NCBI GenBank assembly: GCA_965215505.1 | Contig: OZ244065.1 | Span: forward strand, 480,001 to 544,000 | Origin: Capsulimonadaceae bacterium | GTDB taxonomy: Bacteria > Armatimonadota > Armatimonadia > Armatimonadales > Capsulimonadaceae | Reading direction: 5' to 3' | Length of the DNA: 64,000 nucleotides | Shown here: piece by piece, positions 8,916-17,551 of the stretch | How the letters are laid out: each line of letters begins with the position of its first letter | Position numbering within the stretch: position 1 is the first letter of the stretch | The notes under the pieces: model-generated | Databases searched by the model: none | The model's input: the letters and a program-made list of their open reading frames with translations, nothing else | Told to the model about the DNA's origin: nothing | Made by a program: the position numbers and the translations under genes

Positions 8916-8953
8916 GAAGAGATTGTACCCGTTCGCTGGGGTACACTGACATT
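8916..8953. promoter_or_regulatory. Symmetric bidirectional leaderless promoter
   Basis: TACAAT-6 nt-ATG on minus and TACACT-6 nt-ATG on plus; palindrome TGTACCC-N8-GGGTACA. Confidence 0.65.
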
Positions 8954-9916
8954 ATGAGTAACAGCCAGGCGGCAATCGAGACATCGCATCTGCGGAAAGA
9001 ATACGGCGGCAGGGCGGGGGGCGGGTTTGTGGCGGTGCAGGACCTCTCGTTCTCGGTCCCGCGCGGCCAGGTCTTCGGGTTCCTCGGGCCGAACGGGGCG
9101 GGGAAGACGACGACGATCAATATGCTGCTGGGCAACATCAAGCCGACGGCGGGGGAGGCCAGCCTGCTGGGGTGCCCCATCGGCGACCGAGACGCGCGGG
9201 CGAAGATGGGGTTCCTGCCGGAGAAGTTCCAGTTCCACGACTTCCTGACGGCGGAGGAATTCTTAGACCTGCACGGGCGGCTATACGGCATGGGGCGGGC
9301 GGCGCGGCGGGCGCGAATCCCAGAGGTCCTGGAGCAGGTCGGCCTGATCGCGCGGCGCAAGGACAAAATCGGCGAGTTCTCCAAAGGGATGCAGCAGCGG
9401 GCGGGGCTGGCGCAGGCTATCTTGAATGACCCCGACCTGGTGATCCTGGACGAGCCGACGAGCGCCCTGGACCCGCTGGGTCGGCGCGAGGTGCGCGAGA
9501 TCGTGGCCGCGCTGAAGGCGGCGGGGAAGACGGTGCTGCTGAATTCGCACCTGCTGGGGGAGATCGAGATGACGTGCGACCAGGTGGCGATCCTGAAGGC
9601 GGGGCAGGTGGTCCGGCTGGGCCGGATTGACGATCTGCTGGCCGCGCCCTCCACGGTGGAGATGCGTGTGGGGAACCAATCGCCGGGTCTAATCCGGGCC
9701 TTAGAGGCGCTGGCGCGGACGGTGACGGCGGACGGGGAGACGGTGACGGCGACGATCGGCGACGAGGGGGTCATCCCGGAGATCGCCGCCGCCGTTGTCG
9801 GCCACGGCGGGCGGCTGATGTCGCTTGTACCCCGGCGCGAATCGCTGGAGGACCTGTTCATCCGGGTCGTGGAGACTGACGAGACGGTCCCCCGGACGCA
9901 GGGAGGCCGCGCATGA
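8954..9916 (+). CDS. ABC transporter ATP-binding protein (export type)
   Basis: GPNGAGKTT, FSKGMQQR, LVILDEPT, NSH. Confidence 0.95.
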   Translation: MSNSQAAIETSHLRKEYGGRAGGGFVAVQDLSFSVPRGQVFGFLGPNGAGKTTTINMLLGNIKPTAGEASLLGCPIGDRDARAKMGFLPEKFQFHDFLTAEEFLDLHGRLYGMGRAARRARIPEVLEQVGLIARRKDKIGEFSKGMQQRAGLAQAILNDPDLVILDEPTSALDPLGRREVREIVAALKAAGKTVLLNSHLLGEIEMTCDQVAILKAGQVVRLGRIDDLLAAPSTVEMRVGNQSPGLIRALEALARTVTADGETVTATIGDEGVIPEIAAAVVGHGGRLMSLVPRRESLEDLFIRVVETDETVPRTQGGRA

Positions 9917-10794
9917 TTCCGGGAGTCTTCACGCTGGCGGGGCTGACGATCCGGGAGGCGATCCGGCGGCGGGTATTCCTGGCCGCCCTGGTGATCGCTT
10001 GCCTCTACGTCGCTTTCGCCTTCCTGCCGCTGCACATCCGCCTCAGCCCGCTGATGGGGTTTGACATGCCGACCGCCAAGAACAACACCGGGCGCGTCTT
10101 CGCCTGGCTGGGCTGCGGGACGATCAAGTTCTTCGGCTCCATCCTCGCCGTCGCGCTCTCGGCGGGGGCGATCACGGCGGAGGTCGAGCGGGGCGTGCTT
10201 TCGATCATCGTCCCCAAGCCGATCCCGCGGGCGGCCGTGTACCTGGGGAAGTGGCTGGGGATCGTCACGCTGCTGGCGACCTGCGTGGCCGGGTGGGGTG
10301 CCCTGCTGGCCGTGTCCATCTGGCACCAGACGGGGACCTACCACCCGCAGATCTGGGGCGGCATCGCGGCGGCGGGCCTGTTCCCGCTGCTCTTCACGAC
10401 GCTGACGCTGTGCTTCTCGACCTTCGCCACTTATGCCCTCTCGTCGTCGCTGTCGCTGATCGCGGCGGGCGTCGCCCTGGCGGAAGACCTGCTGCACACC
10501 CTCTCGCGCGTCCTGGACATCCCCCTTCTGGACACCCTCAGCCGCGTCGCCGGGTACGTCGTGCCGATCTCGCGGATGAACCACTGGATCACGAAGGGGC
10601 TGGCCGCGACCGGCGCGGGGCCGCACCCGCCGGGGAGCGCGGGGCTGGATTTCAGCCTATTCATCGCGCGGCTGGACCCGACGCAGGTGGCCGCCGTGCG
10701 AGAGACGTCCGGCCTGGACATGGCCTACATCCTGGCCTACATGGCCGGGTTCTTCGCCCTCGGCCTGGTGCTGTTCCAGCGTCGGGACCTGTGA
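9913..10794 (+). CDS. ABC-2 type permease
   Basis: TIREAIRRR, EVERG....IVPKPIPR..VYLGKWLG, C-terminal FQRRDL; ATGA overlap. Confidence 0.9.
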   Translation: MIPGVFTLAGLTIREAIRRRVFLAALVIACLYVAFAFLPLHIRLSPLMGFDMPTAKNNTGRVFAWLGCGTIKFFGSILAVALSAGAITAEVERGVLSIIVPKPIPRAAVYLGKWLGIVTLLATCVAGWGALLAVSIWHQTGTYHPQIWGGIAAAGLFPLLFTTLTLCFSTFATYALSSSLSLIAAGVALAEDLLHTLSRVLDIPLLDTLSRVAGYVVPISRMNHWITKGLAATGAGPHPPGSAGLDFSLFIARLDPTQVAAVRETSGLDMAYILAYMAGFFALGLVLFQRRDL

Positions 10795-10913
10795 GTCCTG
10801 GCCGGGGTGTGCCGCCCCTGGTAAAGTTACAATGACGGGCCTGCCCGGACTGGCCGAAAATAGACCATGGACTCCTCACGGTCCGCAATGAGGGAGCTAG
10901 AAAGACAGGCCTG

Positions 10914-12146
10914 GTGCGTTTCGGGAAGAAGACACTTTATCCGCTCCTGCGGTGGGCAGCCCTGCTGTTGTCGGCGCCCGTCTGCCTGCTCGCGCTGGCC
11001 CATGCGGGTCCGGGTTTCCCATGGGCGGAGACGCTGCTGCTGGCCGGGCTGCGCCTGGGCCTCCTCTACCGGACCGTCACCCTGCAACGCGACGATGCCG
11101 GGCGGCCCATCCTGAACCACCGTCAGGGCGAGGCGCTTGTAGTGATCGCGCTGCTGCGGCACGGACCCGCCGAGGCGCTGGCGGTCAGCCTCCTCAGCAG
11201 CGCGGTCTACTACGTCTTTTACCGCTCGCCGGGGCGGAGGCATTTGCTGCGCCGCTTCAGCGATGCGTTCTGGACGGCGGGCGTGAGCTGGGCCGGCGGC
11301 TCCCTTTACTACCTGCTGGGCGGACATCCGGTGCGGACGGCGGCGGACTGCGCCCTGTTCTATCAGTACCCGGCGGCGGTTCTGCTGCCGCTCCTGGGGA
11401 TGCTGGTTTTCGTCCATGACATCGCGCACCGGGGCTACCTCTCGCTCCTGCTGTATGTCCACAGCGGGACCCCCCTCCGGCAGACCTGGCGTGACCCCTT
11501 CTTCGCGGCCTTCGACCATGTGGAGGGCATCTGCGCGGCCCTGCTCCTGGTGCAGTGGACCGCCTGGGGGTGGGGTGCGGTCCCGTTCGCCTTGCTGCTG
11601 AACGAGAGCCTGCTGCTGGCGACCCGCTCGCACTTCGACCGCCTGGCCGCGCGCCGGGACGCCGATTACGACCCGATGACGGGGCTTGCCTCCTGGCGCG
11701 GCATCGAGAACCACCTGCGGGACCGGATCGAGGAGGCGCGCAAGACAGGCACCCCCTTCGCCCTGCTGTTCCTGGACTCGGACGGCCTGAAGCGGGTCAA
11801 CGACCAGTATGGCCACCGGGCCGGCGACACACTGCTGACGCTGACGGCCGAGTGCTGCCGCCTGCACGCGCGCAAGTCGGACCTGGTGGGGCGGCGCGGG
11901 GGCGACGAGTTCCTGCTCGTCCTGGACGGCATGGACCGGGCGGGCGCGGAGCGGGTCAAGGAGCGGTTGCAGCAGGCGATCGCGGACACCTTGGCCGTCC
12001 ACCCGCAGTTCGCCGGGATGGCCGGCGCGAGCATCGGCCTGGCGATGTTCCCGCAGGACGCCGACGACAAAGACGCCTTGATCGCCCGCGCGGACCAGGA
12101 GATGTACCGCGACAAGCAGGCGCGGCGGTCGGCCCCGGCGACCTGA
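10914..12146 (+). CDS. Membrane-bound diguanylate cyclase (GGDEF)
   Basis: Multi-TM N-terminus; DPMTGL, LKRVNDQYGHRAGD, RKSD I-site, RRGGDEF. Confidence 0.9.
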   Translation: MRFGKKTLYPLLRWAALLLSAPVCLLALAHAGPGFPWAETLLLAGLRLGLLYRTVTLQRDDAGRPILNHRQGEALVVIALLRHGPAEALAVSLLSSAVYYVFYRSPGRRHLLRRFSDAFWTAGVSWAGGSLYYLLGGHPVRTAADCALFYQYPAAVLLPLLGMLVFVHDIAHRGYLSLLLYVHSGTPLRQTWRDPFFAAFDHVEGICAALLLVQWTAWGWGAVPFALLLNESLLLATRSHFDRLAARRDADYDPMTGLASWRGIENHLRDRIEEARKTGTPFALLFLDSDGLKRVNDQYGHRAGDTLLTLTAECCRLHARKSDLVGRRGGDEFLLVLDGMDRAGAERVKERLQQAIADTLAVHPQFAGMAGASIGLAMFPQDADDKDALIARADQEMYRDKQARRSAPAT

Positions 12147-12155
12147 CCCGTGGCC

Positions 12156-12276
12156 TGAACCGCCCCACCTGCGCGTCGTAGTACCGGCACCCCACCAGTA
12201 TCAGCCCCGCGTCCCCTCGGAATCCAGCCCATCGAACAGCGGCCTCTCCCCGTCCTTCCTGAGCAGGCCGTAGGTG
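12156..12276 (-). pseudogene. Collapsed remnant of an RHS repeat-associated core
   Basis: 12156-12217 matches 13125-13187 (GCRYYDAQVGRF); 12224-12276 matches 13325-13383 (RKDGE.PLFDGL); the intervening segment is deleted. Confidence 0.8.
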
Positions 12277-12334
12277 AATGAGGAAGGATTAGATGCTGGC
12301 CTGAGACAGAGAACCCACTAGAGTGTCGTACCTC

Positions 12335-12757
12335 TCAACGTCTAGGATCAAGTTCTCTTGAAACGAGCCGGATTGTCGCGAATAGGGTCAGCAAAAATGA
12401 TATGGCTGCCGCTAATTCGCCGACCTTCCATCCCACGTTCAAAAGCTCTTTATGGGCATGAACAATCGCGAGGGCTGAGGCAAAGTTAAATTGCATCCAG
12501 ATGTAGAACAGAAGACGCCTCGCCTGCAACTGTGTGATCTCAACCAGTCTTAGCGGACTAATACGACTGAGGTGGGGGATTAAGAAGAAAGTAGTGACAC
12601 CGGCACCCACAGATACAAGAAATGTGAAAGTGAATTCAGAACCCACTGTTGAGGCTGTGCCAATCGCTCCGGCGGGTGTCGAGTGGATTATGAGGTAGAC
12701 GAGCGTCGCCAAAAGGCAGATGGGGACGGATATACGCATGACTATGTTCGTTTTCAT
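12335..12757 (-). CDS. Hypothetical multi-TM protein, candidate immunity protein for the RHS tip
   Basis: Lower-GC ORF immediately downstream of the RHS C-terminus; about four hydrophobic segments; start uncertain (12757 or 12814). Confidence 0.5.
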   Translation of the reverse strand: MKTNIVMRISVPICLLATLVYLIIHSTPAGAIGTASTVGSEFTFTFLVSVGAGVTTFFLIPHLSRISPLRLVEITQLQARRLLFYIWMQFNFASALAIVHAHKELLNVGWKVGELAAAISFLLTLFATIRLVSRELDPRR

Positions 12758-12858
12758 AGAGTTGTTCTCAAAGATGGCGAAGAACCGCGTCTTTCTAGTG
12801 GGGCATACCTTCAATATACCCCACTAAAAATGAGCCTTTTGTGGATGTCACCTGGGTG

Positions 12859-13871
12859 TCACCAGGTTTTCCACCCCTTCATAGCTACGTTGAACAAGAG
12901 TAGTCCTGCCACGCCTACAATGCCACCCACGATTATGTTGAGCGGAAAGTCTGCAACCATGAGGCATATTAGTATTCCGTAGACGACAAGGCAGACGCCG
13001 ATGTAGCCGAGGAAGCCCGCTCCGATCTTTCCCCATACGCTATGCCCTGTGGGATCGGTGGCATTGACGGGATCGCCGTCGCAGTAGGCGTAGGGCGCTT
13101 GGTCCAGGTAGGTGTCGCGCGTGATGAACCGCCCCACCTGCGCGTCGTAGAACCGGCACCCCACCAGCGTCAGGCCCGCGTCGCCCTCCGTCCGGTAGCC
13201 GCTCGACGCCCCGAACTGGTAGGCGCTCGTGCTACTCCCGCTGCTCGCCACCGTCTGCCCGAAGGCCGAGAGCGTCAGGCTGCCGTCACTGCCTGACTGC
13301 TGTTCGTCACCGTCCGTTCCGACCCCAGCCCGTCGAACAGCGGCGTCTCCCCGTCCTTGCGGATGAGCGCGTTGCCGTAGGTGTAGGTCGCCGAAGTCGC
13401 GCCGCCCTGCTTCTCCAGCAGCACCGAGCCGCCATCGTAGAGGAACGAGGTCGTGACGCCGCCCGCCGTGCGGGAGGCCCGCCGCCCCGCCGCATCATAG
13501 GCGAAGCCAGACCCGCCCGTGGAGGTGAGCTGGTCGTCGGAGTCGTAGGTCAGCGTGTACGACGTGCCCGAAAGCGTCCGCGTGGTTTGGTCCCCGTTGG
13601 CGTTATAGCCGTAGGAGTTGGTGAAACCCCCGGTCGTGCCGGTCAGCTCATCGTCGTTGTCGTAGGCGTGGGTCGTCGTCACTCCGCCCACAGTTGAGGA
13701 TGTCCGGTTGCCCGCCCCGTCCACGATGTAGACCGCCGTGTAGCCGCTGGCTCCCGTTCGACTCTCGCTGCACAGGTGCAGCAGGCCGTCATAGCCGTAG
13801 CTCACCACGTCCCCGTTGGCTTCGGTGGCGCTGGTGCGCTTGTTGTCGGTGTTGTTGGTGACACTCATCAT
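12859..13871 (-). pseudogene. N-terminally short RHS/YD-repeat protein with core and hydrophobic toxin tip, split by a 1-nt deletion near 13283
   Basis: YD repeats (YGYD, YDND, YDAAGRR); core GCRFYDAQVGRFITRD..YAYCDGDPVNATDPTGH; restoring one G gives VTGSLTLSAFGQTVASSG and joins the two ORFs. Confidence 0.85.
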
Positions 13872-13883
13872 GGCAACAGACAT

Positions 13884-13912
13884 ATTATACGGCGGGAATT
13901 CCTCCTTGTCAA
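13884..13912 (-). promoter_or_regulatory. Perfect-consensus sigma70 promoter upstream of the mini-RHS
   Basis: TTGACA-17 bp-TATAAT. Confidence 0.75.
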
Positions 13913-13981
13913 AATCCCCCTCGAAAATGATTCTGTGGAAATTACGCCGTCCTGCTTGACTGGTATTCTCCTGCGGTGAAC

Positions 13982-14800
13982 TCATCCGTGCTTGCTGTCG
14001 GCGTTCGGCCTGGAACACCGTGCGAGATACAGATACACCAGCGCGCCGGTGACGCTGTGGACGGTGAAATGGGTGCCAAGCGTGCCCGCAAGCTCGGCCT
14101 TTGTGAAGCGGAAGAAGGGGATGCCGCCGTCGTGCATCCCTTCCTTCTGGCCGAAGCAGCGGGTGAGCAGGGAGTGTTTGTAGGCGGACAGGGCGAGCGT
14201 GCCGCCGGGTTTGAGGACGCGGGCCAGGCTTGCGACGGCGGCGGCGCGGGCCTCGGGGCCGGGGACGTGTTCCAAGACCTGGCTGGAGACGATGCGGTCG
14301 AAGGCGCAATCCGCGAAGGGAAGGCGGCACAGGTCGGCCTGGACCAGATGCACGTTGGCGGTGCCTGCGGCCCGGAGCTTGCGCCGGTTGACGCGCAGCG
14401 ACTCGAACGAGAAGTCCATAGCGACGACCTCGCGGACGGAGGGGGCGAGGATGCGGGTCATGCGGCCCGTGCCGCAGCCGGCTTCGAGCAGGAGGTCGGT
14501 AGGCCGGGCGGCGAGGGCGCGGCGGGTGAGGGGAATCTCGACACGGCCGAAGTGGTTGAGGAAGGCCATGCGATCGTAGTCGCCCACCTGGGCGTCGCGG
14601 GCGGCGATCTCCGACTTCTGAGCCTCCAATAGTTCACGCGGGAGCAGGCGCGGGATGCCGTCCTGGATGGGGTAGACGTGGCCGGCCTCGTCGGTCAGGC
14701 TGCCGTCCAGGACTTCCTCGCCGCCGCGCTGCCGGACGGTGAGTGTGAGCGGCCCGCCGGTTTCGGGGGAGGCGAGGAGGGGGAGCAGTGATGGCAGCAT
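13982..14800 (-). CDS. Trm112-like domain fused to class I SAM methyltransferase
   Basis: LASPETGGPL...YPIQDGIPRLLP N-terminus; LLEAGCGTG, QADLCRLPF..FD, VLKPGG. Confidence 0.85.
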   Translation of the reverse strand: MLPSLLPLLASPETGGPLTLTVRQRGGEEVLDGSLTDEAGHVYPIQDGIPRLLPRELLEAQKSEIAARDAQVGDYDRMAFLNHFGRVEIPLTRRALAARPTDLLLEAGCGTGRMTRILAPSVREVVAMDFSFESLRVNRRKLRAAGTANVHLVQADLCRLPFADCAFDRIVSSQVLEHVPGPEARAAAVASLARVLKPGGTLALSAYKHSLLTRCFGQKEGMHDGGIPFFRFTKAELAGTLGTHFTVHSVTGALVYLYLARCSRPNADSKHG

Positions 14801-14812
14801 AGGGTGTTCGAT

Positions 14813-14848
14813 GAGGGCGGGTTTCCCCGCCCCCTTTCTTTTCTGCCC
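14813..14848 (+). repeat. 36-bp hairpin plus T-tract, related to 57613-57648
   Basis: GAGGGCGGG-tttc-CCCGCCCC followed by CTTTCTTTTCTGCCC. Confidence 0.55.
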
Positions 14849-15667
14849 TTAAGGGCGGGCGTCTAGCGGCGGAAGGGGGGCCACGAGGGCAGGCGCGGCG
14901 GGGGCCGCCGCAGTCGGCGTCAGCGTGACGCGCAGGGTGTAGTCGTCGGCGGTATCCGGGCCGGTCGCGCCCAGCTTGTGCCCGGCGGCCTGGCGGAAGG
15001 AGGCAAGGTCTTCAAAGACGGCGGTTTCGCCGGGGCGGACTTTGCGGCTCAGAGGGTCGGTCCAGACCCGGTCGGGGACGAACACGGCGGGGGCCGGGCC
15101 GTCCTCGGCGGGCACCGGGCGGGGCGGCAAAGGCAGACTGATCCGGCAGGCGACCCACAGGGAGCCGTCGGCGTTCATGCGCGTCGTGATCTGATAGACG
15201 CGGGCCACCGGGCCGTCGCCCAAGCTGATCTGGACGGGGAGCGTGTCACCTTTTTCGTCCTCATCCACGGCCCCGAAGGGCGTCACTCCGTCCTCCTGAT
15301 GCCGCGCCAGCTCGGCGTGCAGGCGCATCGGCGTGGGTGTGACGTCGGCGGCGGCGACCCGGCTGCGGAACAGGCTCAGGCCGCCTTCCGTGCCGCGCAC
15401 GATCAGCAGATGGGCGGCGTCATAAGGAACGACATCCGTCAGGCCCGGCGGGAAGGTCGGATCGGGGACGCCCTGCTTGCCGTCGCGCGTGTGGCCGTTC
15501 TTGACGCTGTGGGTCAGGCCGAGCTTGGCGAAGACGAGGGTGGGCGCGAGGTGGTAGACGTGGATCTTTTCCCAGCGCAGGGGCGCGGGGCGGGCGTGGG
15601 AGACGCCCGCACTGAGGGCGGCGAACGTGGTCGTCAGGAGAAGTCGCTGCCAGAATGGTCTTGGCAT
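14849..15667 (-). CDS. Exported hypothetical protein with a secretin N-domain-like segment
   Basis: Signal peptide; PPGLTDVVPYDAAHLLIVRGTEGGLSLFRSRVAAADV resembles Secretin_N; RBS GAGG. Confidence 0.55.
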   Translation of the reverse strand: MPRPFWQRLLLTTTFAALSAGVSHARPAPLRWEKIHVYHLAPTLVFAKLGLTHSVKNGHTRDGKQGVPDPTFPPGLTDVVPYDAAHLLIVRGTEGGLSLFRSRVAAADVTPTPMRLHAELARHQEDGVTPFGAVDEDEKGDTLPVQISLGDGPVARVYQITTRMNADGSLWVACRISLPLPPRPVPAEDGPAPAVFVPDRVWTDPLSRKVRPGETAVFEDLASFRQAAGHKLGATGPDTADDYTLRVTLTPTAAAPAAPALVAPLPPLDARP

Positions 15668-15704
15668 CGTGGATGGTCCTCTCTAGAATTACTCGAGCTT
15701 ATGT

Positions 15705-17453
15705 TTACTCGGAGTGGCGCAAGTCCTTGATATCAAACTGGAGCAGGCGTCGCCCGTTCCATTCGTTGATCTGCGGGGTGTAAACGGCCTCCAGAAAGTC
15801 ACCCGGCCCGGCGCGGTCGGCCCAGTCCCCCTGGCCCCAGGCAATGCAGTCTGTCGGGTCCATCGCCTCGGCGCGGACGCGCATCTTGAGGTGCGTCATG
15901 TCCTTGCCGATGCGCCGGGCGTCGCAGATCAGGAGGTTCTGGGACGCAAACTTCGGCTCGGGGTTGGCCTGACCGAAGGGGGCGAACCGGGACCACTCTT
16001 CCAGCAGGTCGAGCGTGAGGGCGGAGGGGTCAATCGTGCCGTCGTGGGCGAGGCGCGGGACGAAATCCTCGTCGGTCATGGTCGCCCGCGCGTGAGCGTT
16101 GATCTTGTCGGAGAAGTCGACCAGGTTGTCCATGGTGAGGGACAAGCCCGCCGCCATCTCGTGCCCGCCGCAGCTTTGCAGCAGGTCCCGGCAGAGCTGG
16201 ATTCCCTTGAACATGTCGAAGCCCGCGATGGAGCGGGCGGACCCTTTGCCGTGCGTCTCCTCGTCATTGACGCCGATGACTATGGCGGGCCGGTAGTAGG
16301 CGTCCACGAGCTTGCCGGCGACAATGCCGACGACGCCGGCGTTCCAGCCGGGCGAGGCGATGACCAGGACTTTAGTGTGGTCCAGGTCGAGCTTGCCGAC
16401 GATGAGCTTGGCTTCCTCCAAGATACGTCTCTGGGCCTGCTGGCGTTCCACGTTGAAGGCGTTCATCTTCTCGACCAGCAGCCGGGCCTCCTCGGGATCG
16501 CCGGTCAGCAGGAGGTCGAGGGCGACGGCGGCGTCATCGAGCCGCCCGACGGCGTTGATGCGCGGCCCCAGCCCGAAGCCGACGGCCTCGGCGGAGAGCG
16601 GCTTGTCGGTCTTGATGCCCGCGCCGTCCAGCAGGGCGCGCAGGCCGACCTTGCGGGTCACGGCGAGTTGTTTCAGGCCGAACGAGGCGAAGACCCGGTT
16701 CTCGCCCAAGAGGGGCATGACGTCGGCGACGGTGCCGCAGGCGACGAGGTCCAGGAACTTCTGGATGAAGGCGTTCTCGTGCGTCGGCTGGACCAGCCGG
16801 ACGAGGGCCTGCATGGTCTTGAAGGCGACGCCGACGCCCGCGAGGTTGGGGAAGGGGTAGGTCGAGTCGTGCCGGTGCGGGTTGACGACCGCGTAGGCGT
16901 CGGGCAGGGTCTCGCCCGGCTCGTGGTGGTCCGTGACGATGACGGTCATGCCCAGGCTGTTGGCATAGGCGACGGCCTCGCGCGCCTGGATGCCGCAGTC
17001 CGAGGTGATGACGAGGGTGGCACCCTTCTCGCGGGCGTAATCAATGCCGCCCGCTTTCAGGTCGTAGCCGTCCCGCTTGCGGTGCGGGACGCGGTATTCC
17101 AGTTTGGCACCCAAAGCCGTCAGGGTGCGGACGTAGACGGCGGTGGAGGTGACGCCGTCGACGTCGTAGTCGCCGTAGACAAAGATCGTCTCGCCGGTCG
17201 CCAGGGCGTCTTTGATGCGTCGCGCGGCCTTGTCCATGTCCGGCAGGCCGAAGGGGTCATGGAGCTGGCTTATCTCGGGTCGCAGGAAGGCGTCGGCAGC
17301 GGCCGGGTCGGACAGGCCCCGGTTGCAGAGCAGACGCGCCGAGAGCGGGTGGATACGCAGCTCGCGGACGAGGGCCTGCTCGGCCCTCGCATCGCGCTCG
17401 GGTTCCGTCCAGCGGGTTCGGGTGAGTGAGGTCATAGTGTTGGGTCGGCTCAT
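15705..17453 (-). CDS. recJ: Single-stranded-DNA exonuclease RecJ
   Basis: YGDYDVDG, TSDCG, TDHH, GTVADVMPL, PRINAVGR, GGHEMAAG, PFGQANPEP. Confidence 0.97.
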   Translation of the reverse strand: MSRPNTMTSLTRTRWTEPERDARAEQALVRELRIHPLSARLLCNRGLSDPAAADAFLRPEISQLHDPFGLPDMDKAARRIKDALATGETIFVYGDYDVDGVTSTAVYVRTLTALGAKLEYRVPHRKRDGYDLKAGGIDYAREKGATLVITSDCGIQAREAVAYANSLGMTVIVTDHHEPGETLPDAYAVVNPHRHDSTYPFPNLAGVGVAFKTMQALVRLVQPTHENAFIQKFLDLVACGTVADVMPLLGENRVFASFGLKQLAVTRKVGLRALLDGAGIKTDKPLSAEAVGFGLGPRINAVGRLDDAAVALDLLLTGDPEEARLLVEKMNAFNVERQQAQRRILEEAKLIVGKLDLDHTKVLVIASPGWNAGVVGIVAGKLVDAYYRPAIVIGVNDEETHGKGSARSIAGFDMFKGIQLCRDLLQSCGGHEMAAGLSLTMDNLVDFSDKINAHARATMTDEDFVPRLAHDGTIDPSALTLDLLEEWSRFAPFGQANPEPKFASQNLLICDARRIGKDMTHLKMRVRAEAMDPTDCIAWGQGDWADRAGPGDFLEAVYTPQINEWNGRRLLQFDIKDLRHSE

Positions 17454-17507
17454 GGTGACTTACTCGCGACGTTGAGCCGAAAAGCGGAAAGGGCAATATT
17501 AACACGG

Positions 17508-17541
17508 GCGGCCCCCATGCTCCGCAAAGCTTGGGGGCCGC
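17508..17541. repeat. Intergenic hairpin between secDF and recJ
   Basis: GCGGCCCCCA...TGGGGGCCGC inverted repeat. Confidence 0.5.
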
Positions 17542-17551
17542 TTCACCGAGA

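Noticed and set aside
13270-13295. Programmed frameshifting in the RHS gene (and at 63268)
   Set aside because: No slippery heptamer or long homopolymer; simple deletion or sequencing error is more likely
13872-14330. N-terminal extension of the RHS ORF in the track
   Set aside because: Overlaps the methyltransferase out of frame and spans a consensus promoter; RHS similarity starts near 13871
15714-17429. 571-aa plus-strand ORF (also 8869-10626, 31814-33658, 36026-37270, 49487-50773, 51194-53218)
   Set aside because: Antisense shadows of well-supported genes, typical of high-GC DNA; no motifs
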